Shown: positions 10,691 to 24,773, counted from the first letter of the stretch. The stretch: DNA of 64,000 nucleotides from Balanoglossus misakiensis (GCA_040954595.2 CM082585.2:3130902-3194901), one strand, 5' to 3'. The notes: a model not told the origin generated them from the sequence alone. Program-made: numbers and translations.

Positions 10691-12306
10691 GGGAGCCGTC
10701 ATTATTTATGGCCTGGGGGGGGTCGGAGGAATGAAGGGGGGGTTACTCAAAAATTGGAAGGCTGCAGGGGGGGGTTTCTCAAAAATTGTAGATGAAGAGG
10801 GGGGGGGTCACTCATTTTTGGGAAATGTATCAAAGTTTTTCAACTGAAAGATTTAGTTGTGTGCTGTGCAAGTGCTGCAGCGCTCCGCGACCTCCGGTCG
10901 CGGAACACCAGAGTGTCCACACTGCACTGTCAAAGTATTTTCCCCAAAATTTGCTGATAAAGGATTGGCATGCTTGCCTGATCATGCATAAAAAAACATA
11001 TCTCCTTATTATATCAACAAAGTTTGATAATCATTTTGACTTTTAACGATGCCTGTCCAAATTACACAATGCTACTTGATGGTTACTGGTTATGGGTGAG
11101 CTTTTACGGTAATCATTATTTAGTTGTGACTTTGAGATTGTTTTGTTGTTTCACCCTTTTCAATCCATCATGATGCAACTGATGATCACCTACAATGTAG
11201 CAGGGTGAACCTGGAGTTGAAAGGTCTTTTACTACACTACTGTAATAGTGAACACCTATTGCCTGGCCATGAGGGCCATAGCGGCCGTTTATTACACCCG
11301 AGGGGCTGTGAGTTACCAGAGCATATGATTCTGGTAACTCACAGTCACGAGGGGGTAAAAACGGCTGCTATGGCCCGAATATAGGCCAGGCTATAGGTGT
11401 TTATAATAAACCTCATGCTAACAGCTGGGAAAATCTTGCAATTTTCTCTTGAGGTTGGCAGACGACATCTTCAGTGGTGGCCATTGTGTCAGACGACGCG
11501 ACGCTGATTGACGTGACCACGTTGGTCACGTGACCGGTTTATATTTTTTCTGCTATTTCCCTAGCGGTTTATCATGTTCATAGTCGATTCTATTTTCCTA
11601 TCACGTGACGGATTCTGGCGAATCACGGCACAGTATTAGCATGAGGTATATTATAATGATTTTTATAATATACCTCATGCTAATACTGTGTCGTGATTCG
11701 CCAGAATCCGTCACGTGATAGGAAAATAGAATCGACTATGAATCCCTCTAGGGAAATAGCAGAAAAAATATAAACCGGTCACGTGACCAGCGTGAGTGCG
11801 CAGACTCGGTCACGTCAATCGGTGTCGCGTCGTCTGACACAATGGCCACCGCTGAAGATGTCGTCTGCCAACCTCAAGAGAAAATTGCAGGATTTTCCCA
11901 GCTGATAGCATGAGGTTTATTATAAAACACCTATAGCCTGGCCTATATTCGGGCCATAGCAGCCGTTTTTACCCCCTCGTGACTGTGAGTTACCAGAACC
12001 ATATGCTATTTCCCTCGGCCTGCGGCCTCGGGAAATAGCATATGATTCTGGTAACTCTAGTCCCTCGGGTGTAATAAACGGCCGCTATGGCCCTCATGGC
12101 CAGGCAATAGGTGTTCAATACAGATACATGTATTGATATGTAGTTGTTCCGGTTTTAGGGGGGGGCCAGTCGAAATTTCTGTGTTGGACGGGGGGGGTTT
12201 CTCAAAATCTGCATGCTTGGCAGGGGGGGTTTCTCAAAATTTTGGAGTTTCTAGTGTAATTCCTCCGACCCCCCCCCCCCCCAGGCCGTAAATAATGACG
12301 GCTCCC
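10691..12306. mobile_element. PIF/Harbinger-like non-autonomous element (middle layer)
   Basis: TIR gggagccgtcattattta(t/c)ggcctgggggg; TAA on both flanks (10688-10690 and 12307-12309). Confidence 0.85.
11249..12117. mobile_element. Two long-hairpin elements joined tail-to-tail, forming a ~870-bp palindrome (inner layer)
   Basis: tgaacacctattgcctggccatgagggcc at 11249 and its reverse complement ending at 12117; centre gaggtatattata-atgattt-ttataatatacctc. Confidence 0.9.
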
Positions 12307-13510
12307 TAACTTATGTGCGCAATTAATACCCCATTGACAGTAACGAGGTGTGAACGATTCGACAAGGCAACGTCAATGCCCGATGCTTTCCCGGCCGATC
12401 CCAAGTTCGTCACGTTGATAAGTGCGGCAGTCATTGATCGAGTTAACAAAGCAAATGCCCCGGCCGTTGCGTCGCCTTTCCGTACTGTTTGTACAAACAT
12501 GCAACCACAACTGTACATGAAAAAACTAGCTGCGTATTGCTCTCAGACTAAAACATCAATGCAATGAGAAAACGTTGATAAAACATTATTTATATAGACA
12601 GAATAAAGGAAAAAGTTTATTAACGTAAGTACTGTACTCGATCGTATCGGCATCTTGAAGTCCTATTTTTAACACGCAAAGGTCACGGGTTCATGTGGGC
12701 GCGCACAACACTTAACTGCACTCATGCTACAGAAATACACACAGTCGTTTTTCAACATAAAAATATTACCTTTATTTAGACATAAAACCGCTAAAGGCAA
12801 GTATACCGATCACGGAAGCAAGTAGTCAGATTCATCGAGCGATTCATCTGATGAGTGCAGCGCGACCTTGACCATATTCTACGATGTCAAAGGTCAGGTC
12901 ATTCAAAAATGGCGATTGTGTTGTCATCGCATCGCAAATGCGCATTTCGCGCTCGTTTAATAGCTAGTTTTACTCAGCTACAAAAATCGACAAACCAGAG
13001 TTCTTATTAAAGTCGGTGTAAAATCAGACTTGGATATGATCTAGTAGAAATGAAAGGTCAGTATTTAACCAAACGGAAATTACGTGGATCGTGTATTTTG
13101 TACATGACACGAGTACAACATATCAAGTTATCATCTTGAAAGAAAGTTGAATGTCGCGATACTTTCAAAACCCCTCGATCGATACGACTGTGCTTTTTGA
13201 AACTGGTTTTTATTCAAGCTTGTTGGTCGCAAATGATCACAGCGCACAATGCAAGTACCAGTGGTCGCAGAATCAAAGTGCTAGTGGTCGCAGAATCAAA
13301 GTGCTAGTGGTCGCAGATAGCATTTCCCTCAAAGTGCGACTAGCACTTTCTTGTCGCACAATGTGTTTTGAGACACCCGTATATACCTGTCTATCTGGAA
13401 TGAATAAACTGTGTGTGTCCTTGGGAGGAGGGGTGCCGCTGATGCGATTCGATGGATGATCAGTAATGTCGCTTCCTTTTCAACCTATGATTCTTTTGCA
13501 ATCATTGTGA

Positions 13511-13512
<2 letters not shown>

Positions 13513-13593
<81 letters not shown>

Positions 13594-13603
13594 TGTGTGT
13601 GTG
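13513..13603. repeat. (GT)n microsatellite
   Basis: About 45 GT units. Confidence 0.98.
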
Positions 13604-13716
13604 CGTCGATGGACCAACCCGTGTTTTTGCGTAGGCCTACTTGAACCACAGGGGATTGCAAACCTGAAAGTTATAAATGGCGGAGTTTCTGTATTTTCCC
13701 CAAATAAACAGTACTT

Positions 13717-14383
13717 AGTGCCTTTCTCACGTGCCGTCAACGCCGCCCCAGCGGCTGCCCTAGGGCGGCGTTAATTTGTAAGTGCCACGTGTGAAAAGGT
13801 GAGAGCGGCCCTGCGCCGCTCTTTTTTGTGACGGTGTTGAGGGGTGGGACCTGGGTCAGGGCGCCGCACTAAACAGCAATTCAAATCACGTGTGAACAGA
13901 AACACCGCACTAAACGCCGATCTAAACGCACTCTGCCGACACGTTTTGTCTCATTAGGCGCTGCATTAAGCGTTGAGGTTCATTTTACTAAAACAATGGA
14001 CGAAGCAGTGTCTCGAGGCAACAATTGGAGTGACGCGGAAATGGCCAAGGCACATACAAAGGAATTGCAAACTCGACCTCCGACAACGATTTTGTAGCAT
14101 GGACTGCAGTCTTCCAATCGCAACCTCCAATGAAAGGTTACCATAAACGGGTATCGGGTCATTCAAATGCCCATAAAATCGGCGTCGACGACGTTTAAAA
14201 AGCAAATTCAAGAGTACCATATACAGTAAACACACGCTGCTGTGGACGCGCATAGAGGGCGATGACCCCGTCCCTTTTATACACATGTGAATGCAAAACT
14301 ATTTATGTCGCTGATAAGAAATGTTTACCAACTTTTATAATCCCAAAAAGGGCGACCTAACCATGGCACGTGAGAAAGGCACT
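13717..14383 (+). mobile_element. Harbinger-like deletion derivative with a Myb/SANT-like ORF remnant
   Basis: TIR agtgcctttctcacgtgcc / ggcacgtgagaaaggcact; ATG at 13996 gives MDEAVSRGNNWSDAE, resembling the Harbinger Myb-like protein start. Confidence 0.7.
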
Positions 14384-14512
14384 TTAATCTGTGTGCCCCA
14401 TCCACGGATTTAGTGGATTAAGTAAACATCGGTCAGTTCTCACTCGGTAAAAGTACTCGCTGACCGATGTTTACTTTATCAACTTAATCCGTGGATGGGG
14501 CACACAAATTAA
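14384..14512. repeat. Palindromic hairpin element
   Basis: ttaatctgtgtgccccatccacggatt...aatccgtggatggggcacacaaattaa. Confidence 0.85.
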
Positions 14513-14881
14513 GTCGTTAGCAGGTGATTAATGGGAAATGGATAGCTTTTATTCTGGATTAGCACGGAACGTACTTCACCATAACTTTCATGTTTGCAGT
14601 CCCCTGTGCTTGAACGTCTAACGATCTGTTTATTGCTATCTGCATAAGTTTTGCATAAGCAACACGGACAAATACCAGGTTTGATTGGCGCCTCGGTTTA
14701 CACAAGCATTTGACTGGCCGGCTAGACTTTCCACAGCCGATGCCCTAAACATGTTGAAAAGCGTCCTCGATTTACCTCTGTCTATCTGGGGAGCGTGCCG
14801 GGACTCAGGCGTCTGTAAGTCTGGTAAACGTGAATGCTGTCGCCCACAACGTTACTCACTGCATCAGCACAAAAATCGTAA

Positions 14882-15068
14882 GGGACTGGTCAGTTTCTTC
14901 GCCCCGGGGTGGTGGATTCTATTTTGTGGATATCAAAAAGTGACTGACCCCCATTGAACATGGAAATGTTGGTGACCCTATCACCCAATTCCAAAACAGG
15001 GTGACCCCCCCCCCCCCCCCCCACGAATCCACCGCCCACTCCTCAAGCCGAAGAAACTCGCCAGTCCC
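14882..15068. mobile_element. MITE
   Basis: Imperfect TIR gggactggtcagtttcttcg / cgaagaaactcgccagtccc with TA-rich flanks. Confidence 0.7.
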
Positions 15069-17270
15069 TATGCGAGACCAGAAAACTACAGGTCAGTTAA
15101 AACATTTCCTCGAAATTAATTCAACATGGGAATTGAATTAAACGCACCTTGGCTTTGGAAACGCACCGTCGGGTCACACGTTCCTGGTCCTGGTACTGTG
15201 TGCGCGCGCGCGTATACTGGTTCGCCTCCCAATAAAATCACAGCGAGGTTAGGAACATAATGTTGTTTCAAGTCGGATTTCACTCAGTGATTTTACACTG
15301 CTTGCCGGATGCTTGCCATCGGGTTCAAAATGGCGGCTGATGTGTGGTCATCGTGTACGTGGGAGTTACTTTTTATTATTTATTGTCCCTTTCGGAGTGG
15401 ACCATTTGATTTCGGGGGCTCTAACCTAAAGCTACGTCTCTATCGGGTTGAGTAATGTTTGACTTATGGAGCTTTAATCTCCTCAAAGGAGAAATATGAT
15501 GTAGTACTGTAGAATTTACCGAATGGAGTGTAAGATACTTTGGAGAAGTTGAAAGAAATCAAACCTTTCGATACATGTTCTGTAGACAATAGGTGGACAT
15601 TCTAGATAATTCATTGTGATCATTAGTGAATGTTACGAACCAAATTCTCACAACACAAACACCCAGGCAGCAACAACAATGATACACTGACAGTACACCC
15701 AAAGTATACGTTTCACTGTGAATCTATTGTTCACAGGCAGAAAATATAAAAGTACAAGATCTGAAACTTAAATGTTACAAGGGTTCTTAACTTAGATATT
15801 GTAATGCCCTCAAAAACATGTATCAAGTCCGTGGTAATATTACATACGTGGTGAGTGAGCGAGCGCGATAATTCAGTGTTCCGTGAGTCCTCTGCACTGA
15901 CCCGACGATGGTTAACGCTAGCATGCTGCTTTCTCACAAGGTTCATTCTTGAAGTCCTCTCAGAAGAAATTAACGAGTTCACTTCACTTACATATCGTTA
16001 CAGTGACCTCCACTAAGAAGGCAAAATGTACTGTCCTGACTTCAACTTTACACAGAGTGGTTGGTTGATTTTAACCCGTTCACCTCCTTTCCCTGCATAG
16101 AGGTCCATCTTTAAGTCGGGACAGCACATTTTGCCTTCTTGGCGGAGGTCACTGTTACGAAGGTACTACGAATGCTCAGAATTTTAAATATCAGTGGGGA
16201 TAAACAATAAGGGTGTTCGTCATTACACGGTTGGTGAACTTGTTGCGCCATATCCAATTCCTCCAGCCCCCCCCCCCCCCCCATCGAACAGGAGTAATAT
16301 TTGATTGAATAAAATATCTGCAAACGTAATCCGCCTCGTCTTGATTGCAATGTTATATCCAAACTTTAATAAGTAACTGTTTGATTTGAGGTGGCACTGT
16401 TATTTGTCTGTGGTTATACTATAATACTATGCGGCTCTATGTTTCGGTTTGCACTGGGTCTTGTAATTTGAAAATCCAGAGAACAATGCTAGGCGATGGA
16501 TAAGTGTTTGCAGAACCCCCAAACACCGCTTAGATTTTTGCTCAGCCGGGGACACGCAATTGCTATGCAAGCGAAAGACGTAAATGCATTACAACCAATG
16601 CGTTAGCTTTTTGCTCAGTAAATTTAGTGCGCTCGTGTATCACCTACTCGAACACCGTTCTCACCATCATGACCATGCATGATAAAAAACACCATAAAGT
16701 ACAATTAGAGTAGTGCTCAAACTGACCTCTGTGTTTATGACTGCCACGCAACCCACTTACACTGAACTCAAGTTATTAACGACCCGGATACAGCGCCGTG
16801 AGTGCATGAATAATCACCGTCACCGTCAGTGCGGACGTTGGTCTTACGTTGAACTTTGGTCAGTGGCCCATTTTTCAATGACCCATAACAAAATTCGCCA
16901 ACTTTATTTTTTCGAGGATTAAACTGTTTTGTTGTGTTGGATAGAACAAATCATTTCTTGGCTAATTTACAAAACCCGTAACTTCCTTGTCCCTCGATGA
17001 CAGCTTATACCCCTATAAAATGGAATAACCTGCGGAGCGCTCATATATCATGTATATGAACGGACAAAGGGACAGCTTGTACTTTGTCGATTGATTGCCA
17101 AACGAAATAACCTTTGTTAGAAGCAATGATACGGATCATGTACCAACAGTTACCATAAAGTACCACGATTTATAGTAAAGGTCATTTAGAGAACACGAAA
17201 GCGGCCGATTAAACTCGGTGCGCTCTATATTGTCATAGAGTAAATAATTACAAACAATCACACATTGACG

Positions 17271-17457
<187 letters not shown>

Positions 17458-19002
17458 GCAACCGATCCCATAAGGTCCCATGGTATAAACCAATGGGACC
17501 TAACAAAAGATCGTTCGACATGAAAACGTTTACGGAACGTTACCGAACGCTTCGTACGTCGAACGCAGACCCTCTTTCTAGAGTGCCCAACGAAAGAAGC
17601 AAGGGGGTCTGGGTAACCGAGACTAGCTTCATATGGGGTGAGTTCGACGCACAAAGCGTTTTGTGAATGCTTGTGCAGTTTTGAACCACAGCGTCAATGT
17701 CGAGGCTATTGTCCATAAATTGTTGCACAAGTAGCATACAGGCTTGTCGCTTTATATATGCCGCCATTTTGCTTTTCACGCCCCCAATTGAATTAAATTG
17801 CTTTATGTGTAAATCACGCGATAGTTAGGCTAATGGTTGAATAACCCCAGAAGTATAGTTGTCGGCCACAACGCACGAATGCAAGCACTCACTAGACTTT
17901 TGGCCAAATATAAACATATGTGCTGTTCCGATTACATTGTTTTCAAAAATAGGGTGGGTAGGTAGGATTTTTTTATTTTGGGCTTATTTTCACATTATCC
18001 TGATCTCAAATACCCTTTTAACAAATCCTGGCTTGAATCGCATTCAAACGTGCTCGCATTGCAGAGATCGGCACTGCGTGAATCTTCGCAAAGTAGCGCG
18101 TCCAGACCATGGGCGCGAAAAGGCTCATGGGAGCTTTGGTCGTGACGTCATTTACGAACAACTTTTAACGGAACAACTTTTGACGAACAACTTTTGACCC
18201 CTATGAAACCTGTATTTAAACACTCTTGGTATGGTATCAATGGAACAAGGAAGCCAAAAGAAACTTTCACGGGAGAATAGAATATGTTTTTGCAATGATG
18301 GCAGTACCGAAAACGAGTACCCATTTTCTTTCGCCAATTATCTCCCACCCCAGTATGCCGACAAACCCGAATCTAGATAAATTTGTAATTTTGCTGCATT
18401 TCCTCATCACAGACTCGCTCACCAAGCGTACACCATAAAAAAATTTAGGCAAGAATAATTGGACCAAATCAATTAAGCACACTTTGTTTTCATATGGGTT
18501 GAGCTATGCCTGGGTGGTGCAAGAACTTTGGAAATAAAAATTCATTTACATTTTTTATTTGTTTTGGTTTAACCATTTTTTCTCTTTTAAATCTGACTAA
18601 TCGATTGATAGAGAATGTTACTGTAAGCCTGTTTTACTGCATATGAGGCGGTGGTCTTGTAAAATAATAAATTGTTGTTGTTATGTGGTCTGGTCTTTGG
18701 AAATCAGGCTTGCTCAGTGTGGCTGATGTAACCTTTCCACGGGGACAAAAAGTGGAGAGTGTAAGAGTACTATCATACACGAGTGCGAGCCCTTTTTCTT
18801 CCTTTGTGGGGCTTGGGCCTGGAAGTAATATCTGAACACTACGTAACGTTTCAAACAATTTGCTCGGTCCAATCAGTTTATGTCGAAATGGAAATACTAT
18901 ACTTAGAATAAATTTTCTTAGCGTGTTTAACCAACCGCCGAAACGCTAAAAAACGTTTACCTAAAAACAGGAACGATGGCGAATCTTTGTAACTAGAGCA
19001 CT

Positions 19003-20479
19003 TCGGAATATGCAAATAACGAGACGGTGTTTGGAAGCAACCATGGATATTTTAGAACAAACAGTCGATCTACAGAGTCTACCGGAAAACTTTCTTTTGC
19101 GCTCGGACCTGTGTATTCTACGCATCACAACGGAATATGCAAATGACGAGATGATGTTTGAAAGCAACCATGGATATTTTAGAACAAACAGTTGATCTAC
19201 AGAGTCTACCGGAAAACTTTCTTTTGCGCTCGGACCTGTGTATTCTACGCATCACAACGGAATATGCAAATGACGAGATGATGTTTGAAAGCAACCATGG
19301 ATATTTTAGAACAAACAGTTGATCTACAGAGTCTACCGGAAAACTTTCTTTTGCGCTCGGACCTGTGTATTCTACGCATCACAACGGAATATGCAAATGA
19401 CGAGATGATGTTTGAAAGCAACCATGGATATTTTAGAACAAACAGTTGATCTACAGAGTCTACCGGAAAACTTTCTTTTGCGCTCGGACCTGTGTATTCT
19501 ACGCATCACAACGGAATATGCAAATGACGAGATGATGTTTGAAAGCAACCATGGATATTTTAGAACAAACAGTTGATCTACAGAGTCTACCGGAAAACTC
19601 TCTTTTGCGCTTGGTCCGGTGTGTTCTACGCATCACAACGGAACATGCAAATGACGAGACGATGTTTGGAAGCAACCATGGATATTTTAGAACAAACAGT
19701 TGATCTACAGAGTCTACCGGAAAACTCTCTTTTGCGCTTGGTCCGGTGTGTTCTACGCATCATAACGGAATGTGCAAATGACGAGATGATGTTTGAAAGC
19801 AACCATGGATATTTTAGAACAAACAGTTGATCTACAGAGTCTACCGGAAAACTCTCTTTTGCGCTTGGTCCGGTGTGTTCTACGCATCACAACAGAGTAT
19901 GCATATGACGAGACGATGTTTGGAAGCAACCATGGATATTTTAGAACAATTGGTAAATCTACAGAGTCTACCGGAAAACTTTCTTTTGCGCTCGGACCTG
20001 TGTGTTCTACGCATCACAACGGAATATGCAAATGACGAGACGGTGTTTTGAAGCAACCATGGATATTTTAGAACAATTGGTAAATCTACAGAGTCTACCG
20101 GAAAACTTTCTTATTCGCTCGGACCTGTGTGTTCTACGCATCACAACGGAATATGCAAATGACGAGACGGTGTTTGGAAGCAACCATGGATATTTTAGAA
20201 CAAACAGTTGATCTACAGAGTCTACCGGAAAACTCTCTTTTGCGCTTGGTCCGGTGTGTTCTACGCATCACAACAGAGTATGCAAATGACGAGACGATGT
20301 TTGGAAGCAACCATGGATATTTTAGAACAAACAGTCGATCTACAGAGTCTACCGGAAAACTTTCTTATTCGGTCGGACCTGTGTGTTCTACGCATCACAA
20401 CGGAATATGCAAATAACGAGATGATGTTTGGAAGCAACCATGGATATTTTAGAACAAACAGTCGATCTACAGAGTCTAC
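19003..20479. repeat. 127-bp tandem satellite, about 11.6 copies
   Basis: agaacaaacag recurs at 19054, 19181 and onward (period 127); units are near-identical with a few diagnostic variants. Confidence 0.95.
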
Positions 20480-23400
20480 AGGCCGAGTTACACGCGTGTT
20501 TACGCATGTACGTAAATTAAATTAAATGACAATGAGGTTTTCAAGGGAAACTTGACAAAATAAGTCAATTGTATTTATTTCTATATTTCTAGACAATCAT
20601 GGAAACATTTTGGTTACATGTACATAATAATCATTTTCTTACTCGAAGGCACACAAGCACTAAACATCACGTTGTCCACTTTTCACTTTGTTTTCAGTAA
20701 TATTGCTTTGTTTATCAGCTGCGGTTTCTAGATTAAATTCCAGAAACATGATAAAATACGCAGAATTTAGCTAATCAATGAATGTGTATATTCAGTATTG
20801 TTATTGTGTAAAATTTGAATCCACGTCCGAACTAGAATTCATTTGTCATCAATGATGACATTGGCCATTACACACGTAAAGGCAATGTTGACAAGTGGAG
20901 TATGGGATATCAGTGCGATGTTTGGAGTAAAACAAGAAATTATTGTATTTTTTACACAGAACTAAAGTACTGAAAATGAAGCTAAAAGTTACAGATTTTG
21001 ATCCAGTGGAAAGTCATGTTCCTGCATGTAAAAGTTACTTATACCGGCGCGTAAAGTCGATTGTGTGCGTAGTAATGGCTTTTGCTACATGTATGTAATG
21101 TATTCTCCTGATGCAATGCGCCATGAGACTGATATAATATTTATTAGGCCAAAAAGACATGTTTGTGGGCAGGCCTTTCTTTAAAAATGGTGTGGCGACG
21201 CAATTATATTTTTATTTTTTCCCCTGTCAAGCCAGTTTAATCAATATAGTTACGTGTATACTGTTTATGCAGTCACTGATCACTCGCCCCTTAAATGTCC
21301 AGTGTTTTATATAGATCTAGCTGAAGTTGTTTGAGTTTGCCGTTGCCGCCAACAAAAACAGAAAAAGGGCGACGCGCTGTTATTCAAGTGACGCGCGCGC
21401 TTACCAGAAACGTTTAATTTTTTTGGCTTTATCGGATGATTTTGTCTAATATTTATTTTTGGAAAATATTGTCTAAGTTGTCTAAGGTAGAGCGTATAAG
21501 GTGCATGCAACATATGTAGGCATAATTTGACAATGTGTGGCGCTTTGGAAGGCATATCATTGATGTTAGTGCATCCATGCAAATTTGATTGTTTATCACA
21601 TGCATTGTTGTATACCAGTGGTGACATGTTAAAGAACTTGACCAATAAAAAATAACCTTACGAGAGTGCTACAGAACCACGCAGTCTTGGAAGGCTGTTC
21701 CTGATTGGTGAAAATGAGTGCAGCAAAACCGAACCAATACATGGTACAAAGCAGCAAGTCGGGCCTGTCAAAATTTACATGAACCCTAAAAGGCCCACCA
21801 GGGCCTCTATAATTGACTTACTCCATACAGTAGAACTAATTACATGGTCTAAACATTAGCGTCGAATGGAATAGAAAGTAAACAAAGTGTTGAGCTACAC
21901 CGTACACCATGAATACATCCACGTGGAAGACAGCAGCCAACCGTGTATAAATTACAATCTGTACAAGCGCTTTCAATTTGTCTTTTCCCATAGGATTGCT
22001 GGAAAACCCACGTCTGTTATTGTCATTTTCATGAACGTTTAGGTCTACACATAGCTCAGTCAAATGAGTTAAAATTGAATGGTAGAAAACGCTGAATGAC
22101 CAACGCGCTCAATTTTAAGATAAACCACGTTGAATATGGGAAATTCGGAAACATGGAGAAAACGGAAAAATGTTGCCTCGGTAGTTTTTATTATTATTAT
22201 GATAGACTAAATTCACGACCTTGAATTTCAAAACCAAGCACGTTTTAACCCCATTTTATTAGCGATCGAAAAATTGCTCGCAAAGGAGAATAAGCAACCA
22301 GTAATAAAGAGAAATGACATAACTTTCAATTTTATGGATATTCGCCCATTAGTATTCTCGCGTACTTGCTCCGTGTCTACAGCATTTGTCACGTTTGACA
22401 AATGAGCGAAATTCTCGTTTCTGCTAACAAAGTTTGGAAATATTTATTATAGGCTTTCGCTGTGCAGCCATTATTTTTATAGTGTCACTGTCCATTCTTT
22501 AGAGCTGTTTTTCAATACACTGAATGATGACGGAGCTCAGCGAGTGCCCTCGAGCGATAGGTTTTCCAGTCTTAGAATATCCAAACGGAAACACACCAAG
22601 TTTTCTGCCAGGTGTTTGTATTTTAATTTTCTGGGGTTGAACACCGGTCGTGCAATCTAGCTGTGGTGTGGTGCAGTTTGTTTGACATGTAGCCTTTTTC
22701 GAACTGTATTTTGCAGACACACGTGTTAAACTCGGTTGTCCGCATTGACAATCCCAAAAATAATATGGCATCGACCAGTGCAGCCCCACGTTCCCGTTCC
22801 CAGTTCATTTTCAAGATTATTTGTTATAATGCAGTATTTAGTAACCGGAGCACGCCCTCAACGGGGTTGACCTTTGGCCTATCAAAAAAGCACTCGTGCG
22901 CCATTAGACTCGAGTGTCGGTGCATCGACCAGAAGTAATATTTATATTGATTTATTGTGCCTTCCACTCGAGTCATATCGAGATGAATCAAGGAGTCATG
23001 GTCCAAGCAATGATCAGAAAGGTACAATACAGTTTTCAGCCACGATATAATGTGATACACGACTAAACCCAAACGCAGCTGCAAAACCGTAGCTCCGAGG
23101 TTTTGCCTTGTAAGTAGTATCAATAGGGTTCACGAAGGAAAATTAAAAATTGAAAATAATTCTAAATTTGTCTATTGTATGTGTTAGGGTGCCCCTACAG
23201 ATGGCAAAAATGCATAATTTGAAAATCCACTTTGCATACAGTCTCAATACTGCCCCTTCAAAGTTGCCATTTTTGGAAAATTTTCCATAATTTATGCTAA
23301 TTTTATGCAGGGTACACCCACACTTTGTGTCATACTACTGTTTCAAAGATGCATATCCAATGTACCAAATGAGTATAAAACTTATCCCCCAACCACTTTT

Positions 23401-24317
23401 GATTAGCCTAGGGAGCCCGATCCTATGATGCACTGGGGTCTGAGAGATTGCAGGATTTCACTGCATGGCCAAGCTGCTGCTGCAGCTGACCAAGAAAAGG
23501 CAGTATTATAAAAGTGAATGAGCAATAATGACACTGGATTGATGAATTTTACTATGAAGTGCATACATGTTGGCAAGACAGGACCAATTTTCTGTTGTTG
23601 GTTGTGTGATATGTACATAAATGGTATATACTTACTTGAAAATAAAACCCTGGATGAAAGTACTGGTACATAAAACTGACTGCAAGTCCCAGTGGTAAAT
23701 GGATCTGTGTAATCTGGAAAGCAAATAAGATCTCCCATTACTACGGCGTTGACCAGTGTATTTGTAAGCCAATACCATCAATTGCATATAATTCATACTG
23801 GTAAAGTTGTAATACTTCTGTTTCATGCACATATTATAGCAGGCCCCACACAACACTGGGATCCATGTATCAGATTTGTTTTTACATTAAAATAACATTA
23901 CAAAGCAGTATCAATATATTGTAGGCCTCGATAGTCTGTGCTGTTTAATGTATGGCGAGGATGAAAGAGTGCGTTAACCAGGATGAAATGTTGATGGAAT
24001 ACATGTTACTTTGTACCTTGCAATCCTTGTTAGGGGACCCTGTGGGATGAGCTTAATGCATAATGTCTCTCACAAGAGTGGGGTTGTGAATATCACATTT
24101 CTACAACCTGCATTGAATCTTGGGAGCCTTTTACTGTGACCACATCAAATAAAAAATACATAACCAAACATACAAAAACCAAAGTAAGACCATGGAAATA
24201 ATAACAAAAAAGGAACACAAATCATTGCCACCTTGCCTGTTATTTTTCAGGGCTAAAAAAATAGGTAATGTGAAAACCATTGAATAAAAAAAAACTGCCA
24301 ACAACCAAAGAAAAACT

Positions 24318-24773
24318 TTACGATTCCATACCAGAAGACCGCAAGTATGAAGTTGACCTGCGCCCAACTGAAGTATCAGAATCACTGGATTCAGATGTCA
24401 GAACAAAATTCGCGTTACCTGTTACACGAACCATCTTATCTACTTGCCAATACATGCGAGGTAGTACACGTCGACAAGCAGACATGTTCTTATGAACAAA
24501 CTCATAGACTGAAAAAGTAATGTCACGGAGAGACACATATGCGACCATGTCATGACGGATCAATATGTTCTCAATGACCTCCATAACAATGTGGCCCATG
24601 CTACTATGTAATAATTTTAATAACAGGCCCCGGAGTCTCCCCTCAGATGGTCCAGCACATCTGACAATGCTGTCGTCCAGGAGCACACGCCGGATCATTT
24701 TCCCTCTGTCATTTTGACATGGACCACACAACCTTCTCTGGTCCATTATTGTCAATAAATGAGGGAGTGACAT
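24318..24773 (-). CDS. Candidate second ORF of the transposon (151 aa, MSLPHLLTIMDQRRLCGPCQ...), function unknown
   Basis: Part of a 197-codon open frame in AT-rich DNA; strong acceptor (ttgttccatatgtttcgttggctacag) 2 nt before the ATG; no motif recognised. Confidence 0.35.
   Translation of the reverse strand: MSLPHLLTIMDQRRLCGPCQNDRGKMIRRVLLDDSIVRCAGPSEGRLRGLLLKLLHSSMGHIVMEVIENILIRHDMVAYVSLRDITFSVYEFVHKNMSACRRVLPRMYWQVDKMVRVTGNANFVLTSESSDSDTSVGRRSTSYLRSSGMES

Larger units (their letters stand above)
10483..13379. mobile_element. Tc1/mariner-like non-autonomous element (outer layer of a nest)
   Basis: TIRs over 100 bp ((t/c)gggtgtctcaaaacacattgtgcgacaag...) with 22-bp subterminal tandem repeats (tctgcgaccactagcactttga); TA on both flanks. 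Confidence 0.85.

Noticed and set aside
15330-15455. AAAATGGCGG-initiated first exon of a + strand gene
   Set aside because: The frame is short and no convincing in-frame downstream exon was found; it may just be a YY1-type motif.
19003-20479. CRISPR-like array, or a repeat protein from the many ORFs listed here
   Set aside because: Whole units repeat with no unique spacers, no cas genes are present, the context is eukaryotic, and a 127-bp period is not a multiple of 3.
21657-23114. Second element with cttacgagag / gccttgtaag ends next to the transposase element
   Set aside because: The inverted match is too short (5-6 bp) to support, with no TSD or coding remnant.
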